Notes under the pieces: model-generated
The model's database searches: none
What the model was told of the DNA's origin: nothing
Seen by the model: only the letters and a program-made list of their open reading frames with translations
Position numbers and translations under genes: made by a program
Part shown: one piece after another, positions 35,313-44,910 of the stretch
Layout: every line of letters begins with the position of its first letter
Position numbering within the stretch: the first letter of the stretch is position 1
Source: Bdellovibrio sp.
Lineage (GTDB): Bacteria > Bdellovibrionota > Bdellovibrionia > Bdellovibrionales > Bdellovibrionaceae
Length of the DNA stretch: 64,000 nt
NCBI GenBank assembly: GCA_036677065.1
Contig: JAKFBS010000004.1
Location: forward strand, 1 to 64,000
Direction: 5' to 3'

Positions 35313-37196
35313 TTATTGTAAACGTAGTTTCTTACGAAAATACCAAATCAATAAATTCTTTGAATAGCTTTGATCTAAGTTTTTTTCTGACAATGCATTA
35401 GAACTTTCAGCCACACGCAATGAAATCATAAATGAGATCGTAAGGTTTAATAGGCCAGTGACGACAACCCCAAGTAAGGCCAAATAAATCGCTGGCTCAG
35501 AAAAAATTCCAAAGCCTAAAGTGTAGATGGCTGCAGCAAGTGTTCCCGAGGATAGCGTAACATGGCGAACATCTATTGGCAGGCCTAAAAATTCTCCCAT
35601 GATTGGAACAATTCCAAGTGTAAAACCAAGAGCCGCATTTCCACAAAGTGCGCCAAAATTATTTTTTATAAAATTCACCCAGGCTGCTTTTTTTACATGC
35701 GACAGAAATGGAAATATTTTTGGTGAGTTCATAATAATTTCATCAAATTTGTAAACCTTAAAAAAGTTATCTGCAGCTCCCGTGACAAAAGTTGAAAACC
35801 ATAAAATATAACCCGTAAGGAAAGCATAAAATGGTGTAAAACTAAAAATAGACATGGAGGCGATTTGCGCCTGAGCTTTTTCAGCACTCATAAAGCTCTG
35901 ACTAAATACAATTTGGGATAGGAACGAAATGAGTAATACTGTAGGTATAACAATTCCTACATTGCCCAGCACCGCCAAGAACTGAGATTTAAATACGGAA
36001 TCGATTTCAGCTAAAATCTCTTTTTTCGATAATTTATCCCATTGATAATTTAAATGCGCCGCGATTGCTGCCGGTTGTTTTGTGGCTAAAGTAAAACCTA
36101 ATAAGTAAATAACGATAAAACTTAAGGCGTAATTTAAACTGTAAATAAAACCCAGCAGAAATGGTGCTACATGTAAATACGATGAAAGTGTTTTTAATAA
36201 AACAGTGAATCCAGTGATGAAGCCACCACCACAAGCGCTGGTAAAAAGCTTGGTGATCGCCTGACGTGAACGGCCGACATAATAGTCACCTTTTTCTGCG
36301 CTGGTGAGCGATACGACTTCAATAAGTTGGCTGCTGTAATGAAAGAATTGAAATTTAAGAGAATAGAAGTTTTTTCGTTCAATAAGAATAGCGGCCAAAT
36401 ATTTAAAACTAAAACCGTCATAAAGTTTTATTAAATTTTGGAGTCTAATTAACCGTGCTTTTACTTTTTTAATTCGAAATAGTGAATTTAGCTGGACACC
36501 AGTTTCGCGAAAATCATCAACGATTGAATCGATGCCCTTCAAATTGTTTGCAGTTAACTGGGTAAGTAATTCTGTATCTCTGATCTCTGTGAGGCTAATA
36601 ACTTGCAGTGTTTTTACAAAGTCTGAATTAAATTTATCAGAGGATGTCATTTTAAAGACCGATGAATAAATATCAGACATGTTTTTGTTAGCCAGAATAT
36701 AGATGGCCCGTATTAAAGACTGTCTGATTTCATTTTTTAAATAAATGATTTTATCAGGCGGGAAGTAGCTAAGAATTTTGTTAAATTGAGATGGGTCTAC
36801 ATTTAAAGATTCATCAAAGTGAAAATCCAGTTGTAACGCCTCATCAACTAAATGCGAAATTTCACAGTCATTCGATGGAACAGTTATAAATTTTTGACAA
36901 AACGCCCAAATCACTTCGTGAATAAATGAGTCTGATTCGCCGCTGAAGGTATGCACCAGCAGCGAATCAAATTGTATGTTCTCAATAAAAACCAGCCATT
37001 GCTGGACAAAAACTTCTCGAAACAGCGGGTCTTCTTCTAGCAAATTATTTAGGTTATCAATTCTTTGATTAAGAGTAGTTTTGCCATTGGTGTGTAATAA
37101 CCAAGTGACAAACATAATGTACCAATTCCAATCCCACTCTTTGCCCTGATGAGTTCCGAACGAAAGTAATTCAGGCAAGCTTATTTTTTGAGACAT
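35313..37196 (-). CDS. Gcr-family membrane protein (conventionally annotated 'site-specific recombinase')
   Basis: G..Y....R, GGG..T.FT, FTLATKQPA, SQF.AV.GN and DVRHVTLSSG motifs; multi-TM C-terminal half. Confidence 0.8.
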   Translation of the reverse strand: MSQKISLPELLSFGTHQGKEWDWNWYIMFVTWLLHTNGKTTLNQRIDNLNNLLEEDPLFREVFVQQWLVFIENIQFDSLLVHTFSGESDSFIHEVIWAFCQKFITVPSNDCEISHLVDEALQLDFHFDESLNVDPSQFNKILSYFPPDKIIYLKNEIRQSLIRAIYILANKNMSDIYSSVFKMTSSDKFNSDFVKTLQVISLTEIRDTELLTQLTANNLKGIDSIVDDFRETGVQLNSLFRIKKVKARLIRLQNLIKLYDGFSFKYLAAILIERKNFYSLKFQFFHYSSQLIEVVSLTSAEKGDYYVGRSRQAITKLFTSACGGGFITGFTVLLKTLSSYLHVAPFLLGFIYSLNYALSFIVIYLLGFTLATKQPAAIAAHLNYQWDKLSKKEILAEIDSVFKSQFLAVLGNVGIVIPTVLLISFLSQIVFSQSFMSAEKAQAQIASMSIFSFTPFYAFLTGYILWFSTFVTGAADNFFKVYKFDEIIMNSPKIFPFLSHVKKAAWVNFIKNNFGALCGNAALGFTLGIVPIMGEFLGLPIDVRHVTLSSGTLAAAIYTLGFGIFSEPAIYLALLGVVVTGLLNLTISFMISLRVAESSNALSEKNLDQSYSKNLLIWYFRKKLRLQ

Positions 37197-37222
37197 GCTT
37201 ATTCCACCATTAAAGCTAAAGA

Positions 37223-38218
37223 TTATAAGTTATTGTTAAGTACCTGCCACATCGGCTTTGTTGACGGGACCATGTCTTGCATGAAGTACCACCAAAAATA
37301 TCCTCCGATAAAACGGTCTTGCGAAATATTCATTCGGTAATAACGTTCAATCATATCTGTTTTTGCGGCTTGTGATTTGATAGTTCCGATTTCGCCAAAA
37401 CCAATTTTTGAATTCGGAAACATCTGCGCAAGTTTGGCGAATACGTCTTCCCAGTTAGGACGTAAGCCATTGCAATCATCTTCGTAATAACTGATAAACA
37501 CATATTCAAGACCTGACTTCATTCGTGCGGGAACATTTTTACCAGCCCATGTAAACATCTCTTCGCTTGGGTACATCCAGCAGTCTTCGTTATAGTATAA
37601 AGTGAGGGCTGTGGTTTTACCTTTTGATTTAATGAAATCATAGGCGCTCGTCATTTTCTGCGCGACTTCCGCGGCGTTACCTAGCCATTCTCCGTTAATT
37701 TCATTGCCGATTTCCCAGATATCAACATAGGCATTAAGCGCGTTGTAATACTCTTCTGTACGGGCTAAATACTGCGCCGCCGTGACATTTTTAACGTAAA
37801 AAGAATCTAACAATTCACCCATGACGTAACTTACGCCATGAATTTTTTGTGCAGGGTTTACGTAGTACGAAGCACTCATACCTTCATCAAACACAATTCG
37901 TGTGGTTGGTTTTTGTGACAGAGCTTTTAATGAGTTAACCGTATCATTAATGTTTGCGACAGAATCTATTGTTACTCCATACATTTTTGTTGAAGGAGTT
38001 GGGTTGGGAGTTGGTGTTTGAGAAACCGGTGGCGTTTGCGAAACTGTAGGCGTTCCGGAAGTTATAGGTGTTGTTGGATCTTCAGGAGTTGAATCTGCGG
38101 TCTGGTTATTTGAACCAGACGAGCTTGTAGAATCTTTTTTGCAAGAAAAAGACGTTAAGGTTAAGAGTAATAATAAAGAAACGACTATATTTTTTTTTGT
38201 TTTATTTCTTTTTTGCAT
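37223..38218 (-). CDS. Lipoprotein with Thr/Pro linker and glycoside-hydrolase-like (clan GH-A-type) TIM barrel
   Basis: Lipobox SFSC; TPTPNPTP linker; WEIGNEINGEW (NE acid/base); GFGEIG (nucleophile-like); GGYFWWY. Confidence 0.7.
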   Translation of the reverse strand: MQKRNKTKKNIVVSLLLLLTLTSFSCKKDSTSSSGSNNQTADSTPEDPTTPITSGTPTVSQTPPVSQTPTPNPTPSTKMYGVTIDSVANINDTVNSLKALSQKPTTRIVFDEGMSASYYVNPAQKIHGVSYVMGELLDSFYVKNVTAAQYLARTEEYYNALNAYVDIWEIGNEINGEWLGNAAEVAQKMTSAYDFIKSKGKTTALTLYYNEDCWMYPSEEMFTWAGKNVPARMKSGLEYVFISYYEDDCNGLRPNWEDVFAKLAQMFPNSKIGFGEIGTIKSQAAKTDMIERYYRMNISQDRFIGGYFWWYFMQDMVPSTKPMWQVLNNNL

Positions 38219-38366
38219 AGTCCTGCGAGGATAAGGAACATGCGTGGTGATTAAAACCCTGGCGTTATAAACAACGCTGAAAACTGATCGATGGTCTGGG
38301 ATAAAAAAACCTAATGAAATTTAATTTTTTAAAAAAAAACGCGCAGAGGTTTATTTAAAATATTTT

Positions 38367-38720
38367 TTATTTAGCTGAAACGATTTCGCCAAGCTCTAAA
38401 CTTACTTGTTTAAACTCTTGGTCTAATGACTGGACTACGGTTTTTGCCTGAGTTAAATCTTTAGCTTGTCCCATTTTTTCTAATTGCAGACAAAGTTGTG
38501 AAAGTCGCAAAGCGCCCATATTACCAGAGCTTGATTTTAAGCTATGAGCTTTGTCTTGAACGCCAAGGGCATCGCCAGCGGCGATCGCTTTATGAAGATC
38601 AGTTATAATTGTTTCGCTGGTTAAAATAAAAACTGTGTGAAGTTCGGCTAATAATTCCATGCCACCTAAAGCTTTTAGATTTTCAATTACACCTGCATCA
38701 ACGCTTTTTACCTGGCTCAT
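38367..38720 (-). CDS. Stand-alone Hpt phosphotransfer protein
   Basis: AHSLKSSSGNMGA..L..LC..LE motif. Confidence 0.9.
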   Translation of the reverse strand: MSQVKSVDAGVIENLKALGGMELLAELHTVFILTSETIITDLHKAIAAGDALGVQDKAHSLKSSSGNMGALRLSQLCLQLEKMGQAKDLTQAKTVVQSLDQEFKQVSLELGEIVSAK

Positions 38721-38858
38721 ATGAATATTAGAGCTTAAGTCAGTAATAGCGTCATTAGTTTTTTTGTTTTGTAGCCCTTGCTGGACGAACTCCTCATAAT
38801 TTTATTTAAAATGGAGATTTCTTGAAATTATTAAATATTTCGTCACAATAATTACAGG

Positions 38859-39572
38859 ATGTCGAAACTAGATGATGCAATAGCAAATGCAGTAGCAAAG
38901 ATGCCAAGACCATTGTTGGTGTTTCTCGTATTAGCGGGAGCCTTAGGTTTTATTATTTCGCAAAATCCTTTATCTGATGGTTGTGAAGTTGAAGTGAGTA
39001 ATTTTGGCCGTGAAGTCGCTGGAATTATCACACGTGTAAAGAACAGTAAAAAGCTGGAGCAATACCCTAAACTTGATTATGCCCGCGAGCAGTGTAAAGA
39101 AGGCAATAGCCAAGGCAGTTGCGAAGATTATTTTAAAGCCGTGAAGCGTGTTGCCGATGCAACGCGAGTCGTGTCGCCAAAGTGTTACATCAAGCTTAAA
39201 GAAGAATATAAAAGTTTAACCAATGTCTTAGCGACCGGAATAAAAATTATGGCGCTTGCTGCCTGGGGTGAGAAACCACCCGAAGGTATTGGCCAACGTA
39301 TGGGTTGGCTAACAGAAGGTGATATTTACGGCTTTTGCCGCGCTAAAAACGGTTTAGTGCTGTTGACCAGTCTTGAGGAATACAAAGCTTTACGAGCCGC
39401 GGTCTATCGTGAGTTTCCTGACCGCTGGCCCGAGACGTTACCCCTGGAAAAGCGTGCAGAGATACCTCGTCCAAGAGCCCTGCAGTCCTTAGCGAACGTA
39501 ACAGGCTCTTTAAAAGAGAGCGATGTCTATGAACGCAGTTTGTTTTCGCTTCGTTGTGATTTGTACCAGTAG
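38859..39572 (+). CDS. Hypothetical membrane-anchored Cys-rich periplasmic protein
   Basis: N-terminal TM and six Cys. Confidence 0.8.
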   Translation: MSKLDDAIANAVAKMPRPLLVFLVLAGALGFIISQNPLSDGCEVEVSNFGREVAGIITRVKNSKKLEQYPKLDYAREQCKEGNSQGSCEDYFKAVKRVADATRVVSPKCYIKLKEEYKSLTNVLATGIKIMALAAWGEKPPEGIGQRMGWLTEGDIYGFCRAKNGLVLLTSLEEYKALRAAVYREFPDRWPETLPLEKRAEIPRPRALQSLANVTGSLKESDVYERSLFSLRCDLYQ

Positions 39573-39575
39573 TCA

Positions 39576-39788
39576 TTATAAACCTGCCACTTGAATAAAG
39601 CGCCATTGATTACTGTTCTTGTCTTGAACTTCTCCGATAAAGTAAAAATCCTCTGCTGTAATGCTCTGAATAACAAAGCGTGATTTGGATTTTTTGACCA
39701 CGCGCCAGTCAACTGGTTGAAGGCCGAACTCGCGTAGACCTAATTGTAAACTTACTAACTGTGTGTTTGCCGATAAAAACTTTAACAT
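39576..39788 (-). CDS. Small hypothetical protein
   Basis: 70-aa ORF with AGGGGG RBS, filling the intergenic gap. Confidence 0.6.
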   Translation of the reverse strand: MLKFLSANTQLVSLQLGLREFGLQPVDWRVVKKSKSRFVIQSITAEDFYFIGEVQDKNSNQWRFIQVAGL

Positions 39789-39917
39789 TTGTTCCCCCTA
39801 AATTTATTGTTTGCGTGCCTTCAGCACGACTTGTTGCTTGAGGTCTATTGCAAGACGAGGTGACAAGTTTAAAGTACTGGCTTTACGATATATTGAAGTT
39901 GGCCTTAGGAGGGCTCC

Positions 39918-40373
39918 ATGGTTTCGGAAAAGTTCCAAAAAATAGGATTGTTAAGAGTTTTGAAACAAGTATTTACAATAGAATTATTGGTTCTGTTGCT
40001 TTGGATTCCTTGTGTAATTTTTATATTTAAATTTATTCAAGATCGAAAGATTGCAGGGCTTGTTGCGGGAGCTGGTTTTTTGCTGATTCCAGTGTTTAAT
40101 ATTTTTCGTGAGCGAAAAAGCACAGCGAGCTCGTCATCACGTTTAGCGCGTGTTTTTGCGAGTGGCGCTTTTTTTCTTTTATCAGCGATGCCGATTTTTT
40201 TATTTCGTGTGTTTAACTGGGAGAAAAGTTTAGAAGAGATTTCAATCTTCGGGGCGCTATCAGGCCGTGAGCTTCATAGCTTATCGAATATCTTATTTGT
40301 CGTGATGATTGCAGTGTATTTTTTGACGAATATCTTAGACGCAAAAAAAACGGCGCCGTTTAAAGCGCCGTAA
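39918..40373 (+). CDS. Hypothetical 4-TM membrane protein
   Basis: AGGAGG RBS; four hydrophobic segments. Confidence 0.8.
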   Translation: MVSEKFQKIGLLRVLKQVFTIELLVLLLWIPCVIFIFKFIQDRKIAGLVAGAGFLLIPVFNIFRERKSTASSSSRLARVFASGAFFLLSAMPIFLFRVFNWEKSLEEISIFGALSGRELHSLSNILFVVMIAVYFLTNILDAKKTAPFKAP

Positions 40374-40416
40374 GGGATCACAACAACAAGTTGTAACGTC
40401 TTATTAGTATATCAGA

Positions 40417-40713
40417 TTAGTACTCAAAAGGAACTGCGCTGATAAGTTCTGGACGTGAACTTGTATCATAAGCATCTGTACCATTAGGTAATAAGCCTAG
40501 TGTACGAGCCTTTTTTACTGCTCCAGCTACTTTCTTTTGTTGAGAAAGACTTAGCTTAGAGATACGAGCTGGAGTGATCTTACCCGCATCGGCAATAAAG
40601 CGGCTTAATGAAGCTGGGTCTTTATAGTCAAAAACGTGATCGCCAGTGTATTCTGTGCGGTATTTGTTGCGAACTGATTTGCGGTTTTCTTTACCGTTAT
40701 TTTCTTTTTCCAT
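40417..40713 (-). CDS. rpsR: 30S ribosomal protein S18
   Basis: DYKD...L.RFI...GKI.PAR....Q......K.AR..GLLP pattern. Confidence 0.93.
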   Translation of the reverse strand: MEKENNGKENRKSVRNKYRTEYTGDHVFDYKDPASLSRFIADAGKITPARISKLSLSQQKKVAGAVKKARTLGLLPNGTDAYDTSSRPELISAVPFEY

Positions 40714-40811
40714 TTAAACCTCTTGCCAATTGAAGAATATCTGAATATACCAGATATCTCGGTTTTGGAAGTACTATTTGTACTTGTGATGTAAATAATT
40801 AGGAGTAATAA

Positions 40812-41105
40812 ATGAGCCGTTGTGAATTATCAGGCAAATCGCCTGTTGTTAAAAATTTAGTGAGCCACTCGAATATCAAAACTAAATCGACGGCTATGCC
40901 AAATGTGCAAAGAAAACGCATATTTAGCAAGACTTTGAACCAGATGGTGCGCCTTTATATGGCAACTAGCACTATTAGAGATATGGAACACACTGGTGGT
41001 TTTGATAAATTTATCATCAACCAAGATGACAAAGTTTTATCTCAACGCGCTTTAGACGTTAAAGCTCGTATCCGTCGTAAAATGAATAAAGCTAAAAAAG
41101 CGTAA
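40812..41105 (+). CDS. rpmB: 50S ribosomal protein L28
   Basis: MSRCELSGK...N.VSHSNIKTK...PNVQ pattern. Confidence 0.93.
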   Translation: MSRCELSGKSPVVKNLVSHSNIKTKSTAMPNVQRKRIFSKTLNQMVRLYMATSTIRDMEHTGGFDKFIINQDDKVLSQRALDVKARIRRKMNKAKKA

Positions 41106-41118
41106 TTAGGGACTATAT

Positions 41119-41394
41119 ATGATGAAATTAAAAATCAAAAAAGGCGACAAAGTACAAGTTATTGCTGGCGCTGATAAAGGTAAAAAAGGTTCTGTATTAG
41201 AAGTTAGCCCGACAGCGATGAAAGTCAAAGTTGAAGGCGTTAAAGTACAAACTCACTATGATAAAAAAGACGGTCTTCTTAAAAAAGAAGGTTTCATCGA
41301 TTACTCAAACGTTAAGTTAGTTGAAGCGAAAGCTAAAGCTGCTAAAGCGACTGAGAAAAAAGCGACTAAAAAAGCTTCTGCTAAAGCGAAGTAA
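41119..41394 (+). CDS. rplX: 50S ribosomal protein L24 (short form with Ala/Lys tail)
   Basis: IKKGD.V.VIAG.DKGK.G.V KOW motif, VEGV, E..I..SNV. Confidence 0.85.
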   Translation: MMKLKIKKGDKVQVIAGADKGKKGSVLEVSPTAMKVKVEGVKVQTHYDKKDGLLKKEGFIDYSNVKLVEAKAKAAKATEKKATKKASAKAK

Positions 41395-41453
41395 TTTTAG
41401 TTTCGTCGAAGACGAACAAGTTTTCAAAAAAGAGCGTTAAGTTCTTTAATATG

Positions 41454-41484
41454 AAAGGCAATTTGTTAATTCAAATTGCCTTTT
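41454..41484 (+). terminator. Terminator after rpmB-rplX
   Basis: AAAGGCAATTTG...CAAATTGCCTTTT. Confidence 0.8.
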
Positions 41485-41624
41485 GTCGTTTAGGCCTAAT
41501 ATTCCTAAAACGAATACGGTCTGGGAAGCTCCTTCCCAGACTTGATCTGACAAAGATTCGGTAATTGTCCAGCCGGGCATTCTGTGTAGTGACCAATCGA
41601 AAATAACCATCGAAACTAATCCAT

Positions 41625-41927
41625 ATGCGTCATGCTCTATTATTTATCAGCTTATGGTTGGGTTCAGTGCAAATACTGGCCGCAGACAAAAACAATATGT
41701 TCGTTTTGTGCGAACGCCAGCGTGACATGCGTTGGATTCGGGTCTTTTCATCAAGTGATGGCAAGTGTAAAACCGTTTATTCTAAAGATGGCTACTCACA
41801 AGTCGTAAGCTCTGCAACATTTTACTCATCTTGCGAAGCCGTGCTTCTTAATGTTAAAAAGAATGTTGAAGGCGGCGGCTTTAAATGTCGTGAGGCTGTT
41901 TTAGCAAACTTTGTCGAAATCGAATAG
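41625..41927 (+). CDS. Small secreted protein with four Cys
   Basis: Signal peptide and four Cys; abuts the next gene. Confidence 0.75.
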   Translation: MRHALLFISLWLGSVQILAADKNNMFVLCERQRDMRWIRVFSSSDGKCKTVYSKDGYSQVVSSATFYSSCEAVLLNVKKNVEGGGFKCREAVLANFVEIE

Positions 41928-41928
41928 A

Positions 41929-42762
41929 ATGAAAATTACTCTGGTTCAGTTAAATTCATCAGATGATATCTCTAAAAATTTAGAGCGAATTATTACTCTG
42001 CTGGAGTCGCATTTGGCAGGGCAGGCGACACAAGCTATTAAGAGATCTCGCTTATTTGTACTTCCGGAAAACAGTTTGTATTTTCGTATTATTGAAGGCG
42101 AAGCCTTAAAGGCGTTAACTCTAGATTCTGTCGAAATTCAAATCTTACAAAAACTATGCGACACGCATAAAGTGGATTTGCATTTTACAACAGCGATGTC
42201 AGACCAAGGTAAAGTTTGGAATGCATCGGTGCTGGTAAGCCCAAATGAACCCGCGAAAATAATTTATAAAAAAATTCATCTTTTTGATATTCAGCTCGAG
42301 GGGCAAAAGGCCATTCGGGAATCAGATTTTTTCACTCACGGTGAAGAGGTCACAGGTTTTGAGGTTGAAGGCCTAAGATTTGGTTCGTCAATTTGTTATG
42401 ACATACGATTTTCTGAGCTCTATCACCAATTGGCTAAAAACCAAGTGGATGTGATTTTAGTGCCTGCGGCCTTTTTGGTAAAAACGGGCCAAGCCCACTG
42501 GGAGACTCTTTTGCGAGCCCGCGCTATTGAATCGCAGGCTTACGTTTTAGCTCCGGCTCAGGTTGGTGAGCACCAAACCACCCAAGCTGGCAAAACCGCA
42601 GCACGCTTTACTTATGGGCATTCTATGGCCATCGATCCGTGGGGCCAAGTGGTTGAGTGTAGAGCTGAAGGTGTGGGCTGTTTAGATATAGAAATCAGTT
42701 TAGATCTTGTCCGATCAGTGCGTCGACAAATCCCCATGATCAATCACAGACGCCTTAAGTGA
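41929..42762 (+). CDS. Carbon-nitrogen hydrolase (Nit1/deaminated glutathione amidase-like)
   Basis: Glu-Lys-Cys triad: LPEN, YKKIHLFD, ICYDIRF; HWE.LLRARAIE; TYGHS. Confidence 0.92.
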   Translation: MKITLVQLNSSDDISKNLERIITLLESHLAGQATQAIKRSRLFVLPENSLYFRIIEGEALKALTLDSVEIQILQKLCDTHKVDLHFTTAMSDQGKVWNASVLVSPNEPAKIIYKKIHLFDIQLEGQKAIRESDFFTHGEEVTGFEVEGLRFGSSICYDIRFSELYHQLAKNQVDVILVPAAFLVKTGQAHWETLLRARAIESQAYVLAPAQVGEHQTTQAGKTAARFTYGHSMAIDPWGQVVECRAEGVGCLDIEISLDLVRSVRRQIPMINHRRLK

Positions 42763-42804
42763 TTTCTCCTTTATTTTTCATTTAGAAATATATAAAGTTG
42801 AGAC

Positions 42805-43071
42805 ATGAAAAAATCTTCTTCTATCTCTAAGAAAAAGCCCGTTATGCGTGCAGTTCTATTTATTTGTTTATCTTTGTTTGTTTTAGGTTTGGTGATGACG
42901 ATTCATCAAGCCGCACAAGCCGCAGATAGCACAGAGTTTCAACTTTTAGACATGTACCGTGAGAAAAAATACAAAGGCGCATTGGATGAAGAAGAGTTAA
43001 AAGTATTAACGGATCTTCAAACATCAGATTCAAAAAAGAAAAAATCGCAAGAATCTGAAGAGGGGTTTTAG
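42805..43071 (+). CDS. Small hypothetical exported/membrane protein
   Basis: Basic N-terminus plus hydrophobic segment; stop abuts the ETF-QO start. Confidence 0.7.
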   Translation: MKKSSSISKKKPVMRAVLFICLSLFVLGLVMTIHQAAQAADSTEFQLLDMYREKKYKGALDEEELKVLTDLQTSDSKKKKSQESEEGF

Positions 43072-44805
43072 ATGGTTCATGATCATTTACCTGAAGGTGT
43101 AACTAGAGATACCATGGAAGTTGACGTTCTTATCGTAGGTGGCGGTGCTGCCGGGCTTTCTTGTGCATATAAAATTGCGACTGATATTGAAAAACATAAT
43201 CAAGCTATCGCCGATGGCAAACTTAATGCTGAACCAATTCCGGAACAAATGATTGTTGTTCTTGAGAAAGCCACAGAAATCGGTGCGCACAGCTTTTCGG
43301 GTGCTGTTTTAAAACCAACAGCTTTAAAAGAATTAATTCCGAACTACTTAGAACTGGGTTGTCCGTTAGATTCAGAAGTTAAAAAAGATGCGGTTTATTA
43401 TTTAGGTAATAATTCAGCAATTAAACTTCCGATCACTCCGCCCCCATTTCATAATGTCGGTAATTATATCGTTTCACTATCTAAACTTAATCGTTGGTTA
43501 GCCCAACAGTGTGAAGCTAAAGGGATTAATATTTTTCCAGGTTTTGCGGCTGTAGAAGCTCTTTATGAAGGCGATCGTATCGTTGGTGTTCGCACTGGTG
43601 ATAAAGGCCGCGATAAAGAAGGCAATCCAAAGGCTAACTTTGAACCGGGTTTAATCTTAAAAGCAAAAACGACTGTGTTTGCTGAAGGCACGCGTGGAAG
43701 TTTATTTAAACAAGTTTCTAAAAAATTAGATCTTCGCGCCGGAAAAAATCCTGAAGTGTTCGAAGAAGGTGTTAAAGAAGTTATTCAAATGCCTGCAGGC
43801 ACTGTTGAGCCTGGACAAGTCATTCACACGATGGGGTTTCCGTTAAAGAAATCTATCGGTGGAACTTTTATTTACACGATTCCTGGAGATAAAATTATCT
43901 TAGGATTAGTGGCGTACTTAGACACTAAAGATCCCTTACTTGATCCACATAAAGAATTACAAAAATTAAAAACTCATCCTTTTATTGCCAACATGATCAA
44001 AGGCGGAAAAGTTTTAGCCTACGGTGGAAAAACTCTTCCTGCCGGTGGTTGGTATTCAATGCCAAAACTTTATGGTGATGGTTGGATGGTGTGCGGTGAT
44101 TCTGCCAGCATGGTGGATGTGCAAAAATTAAAAGGAATTCATTTGGCGATGAAATCGGGAATGGCTGCTGCCGAAGCGGCCTTTACCGCGATTCAAAAAC
44201 AAGATTCGTCGCATGAAGTATTAAAAGCTTACGAAGATAAAGTGCATGCTTCGTACGTAAAATCTGAATTATACCGCGTAAGAAACTTTCACCAAACTTT
44301 ATCATTAGGTTTTGTGAAATCATTACCGCTAATTGCTTTACAAGAAATCACTGGTGGTCGTGGCCTAATTGATAATATGAAATGTCATGACGATGCAGAG
44401 GTCACAGCTTCGGTAAAAGAGGTTTGGGGTACGGATGATGCGCTAACTTCGACGCCTGAAAACAGACTGCCGAAGCCAGATGGCGTATTGATGTTTGATA
44501 AATTAGGAAGCGTTTACTTAACGGGTACTATGCATGACGAAGATTCGCCAAATCACCTTTTATTAGGAGATGCGAGTATCTGTCGTAATGTTTGTGAGCC
44601 TAAGTATAAGTCTCCTTGTGTACAGTTCTGCCCAGCTAGCGTATATGAGATGCTACCGTCGCAAGTTGAAGCCGGTAAGTACGATTTACAAATCAATTAT
44701 ACCAACTGTATTCACTGTAAGACCTGTGATATTAAATGCCCTACAAAGAACATTGATTGGACAGTTCCTGAAGGCGGGGGCGGTCCGAAATACACAGAGA
44801 CTTAA
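43072..44805 (+). CDS. Electron transfer flavoprotein-ubiquinone oxidoreductase
   Basis: VGGGAAGL FAD motif, KGIHLAMKSG, and C-terminal FCPA.VYE...NCIHCKTCDIK 4Fe-4S motif. Confidence 0.95.
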   Translation: MVHDHLPEGVTRDTMEVDVLIVGGGAAGLSCAYKIATDIEKHNQAIADGKLNAEPIPEQMIVVLEKATEIGAHSFSGAVLKPTALKELIPNYLELGCPLDSEVKKDAVYYLGNNSAIKLPITPPPFHNVGNYIVSLSKLNRWLAQQCEAKGINIFPGFAAVEALYEGDRIVGVRTGDKGRDKEGNPKANFEPGLILKAKTTVFAEGTRGSLFKQVSKKLDLRAGKNPEVFEEGVKEVIQMPAGTVEPGQVIHTMGFPLKKSIGGTFIYTIPGDKIILGLVAYLDTKDPLLDPHKELQKLKTHPFIANMIKGGKVLAYGGKTLPAGGWYSMPKLYGDGWMVCGDSASMVDVQKLKGIHLAMKSGMAAAEAAFTAIQKQDSSHEVLKAYEDKVHASYVKSELYRVRNFHQTLSLGFVKSLPLIALQEITGGRGLIDNMKCHDDAEVTASVKEVWGTDDALTSTPENRLPKPDGVLMFDKLGSVYLTGTMHDEDSPNHLLLGDASICRNVCEPKYKSPCVQFCPASVYEMLPSQVEAGKYDLQINYTNCIHCKTCDIKCPTKNIDWTVPEGGGGPKYTET

Positions 44806-44910
44806 AAGTCTTTGCGTATTTAAAGGCGTAGAAGTAGTCTGCGCCTTCATTAAAAACAACGGGTATTCACAAACGGAAGTGGATGCTCTAACGGATAAAG
44901 GGAGAACCAG

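Noticed and set aside
35313..37196. Integrase or mobile element at tRNA-Pro
   Set aside because: Gcr-family membrane protein with no visible recombinase catalytic motifs; no att duplication found
41519..41541. Hairpin GTCTGGGAAG-CTC-CTTCCCAGAC as a riboswitch or sRNA
   Set aside because: An isolated stem with no recognisable aptamer or family features
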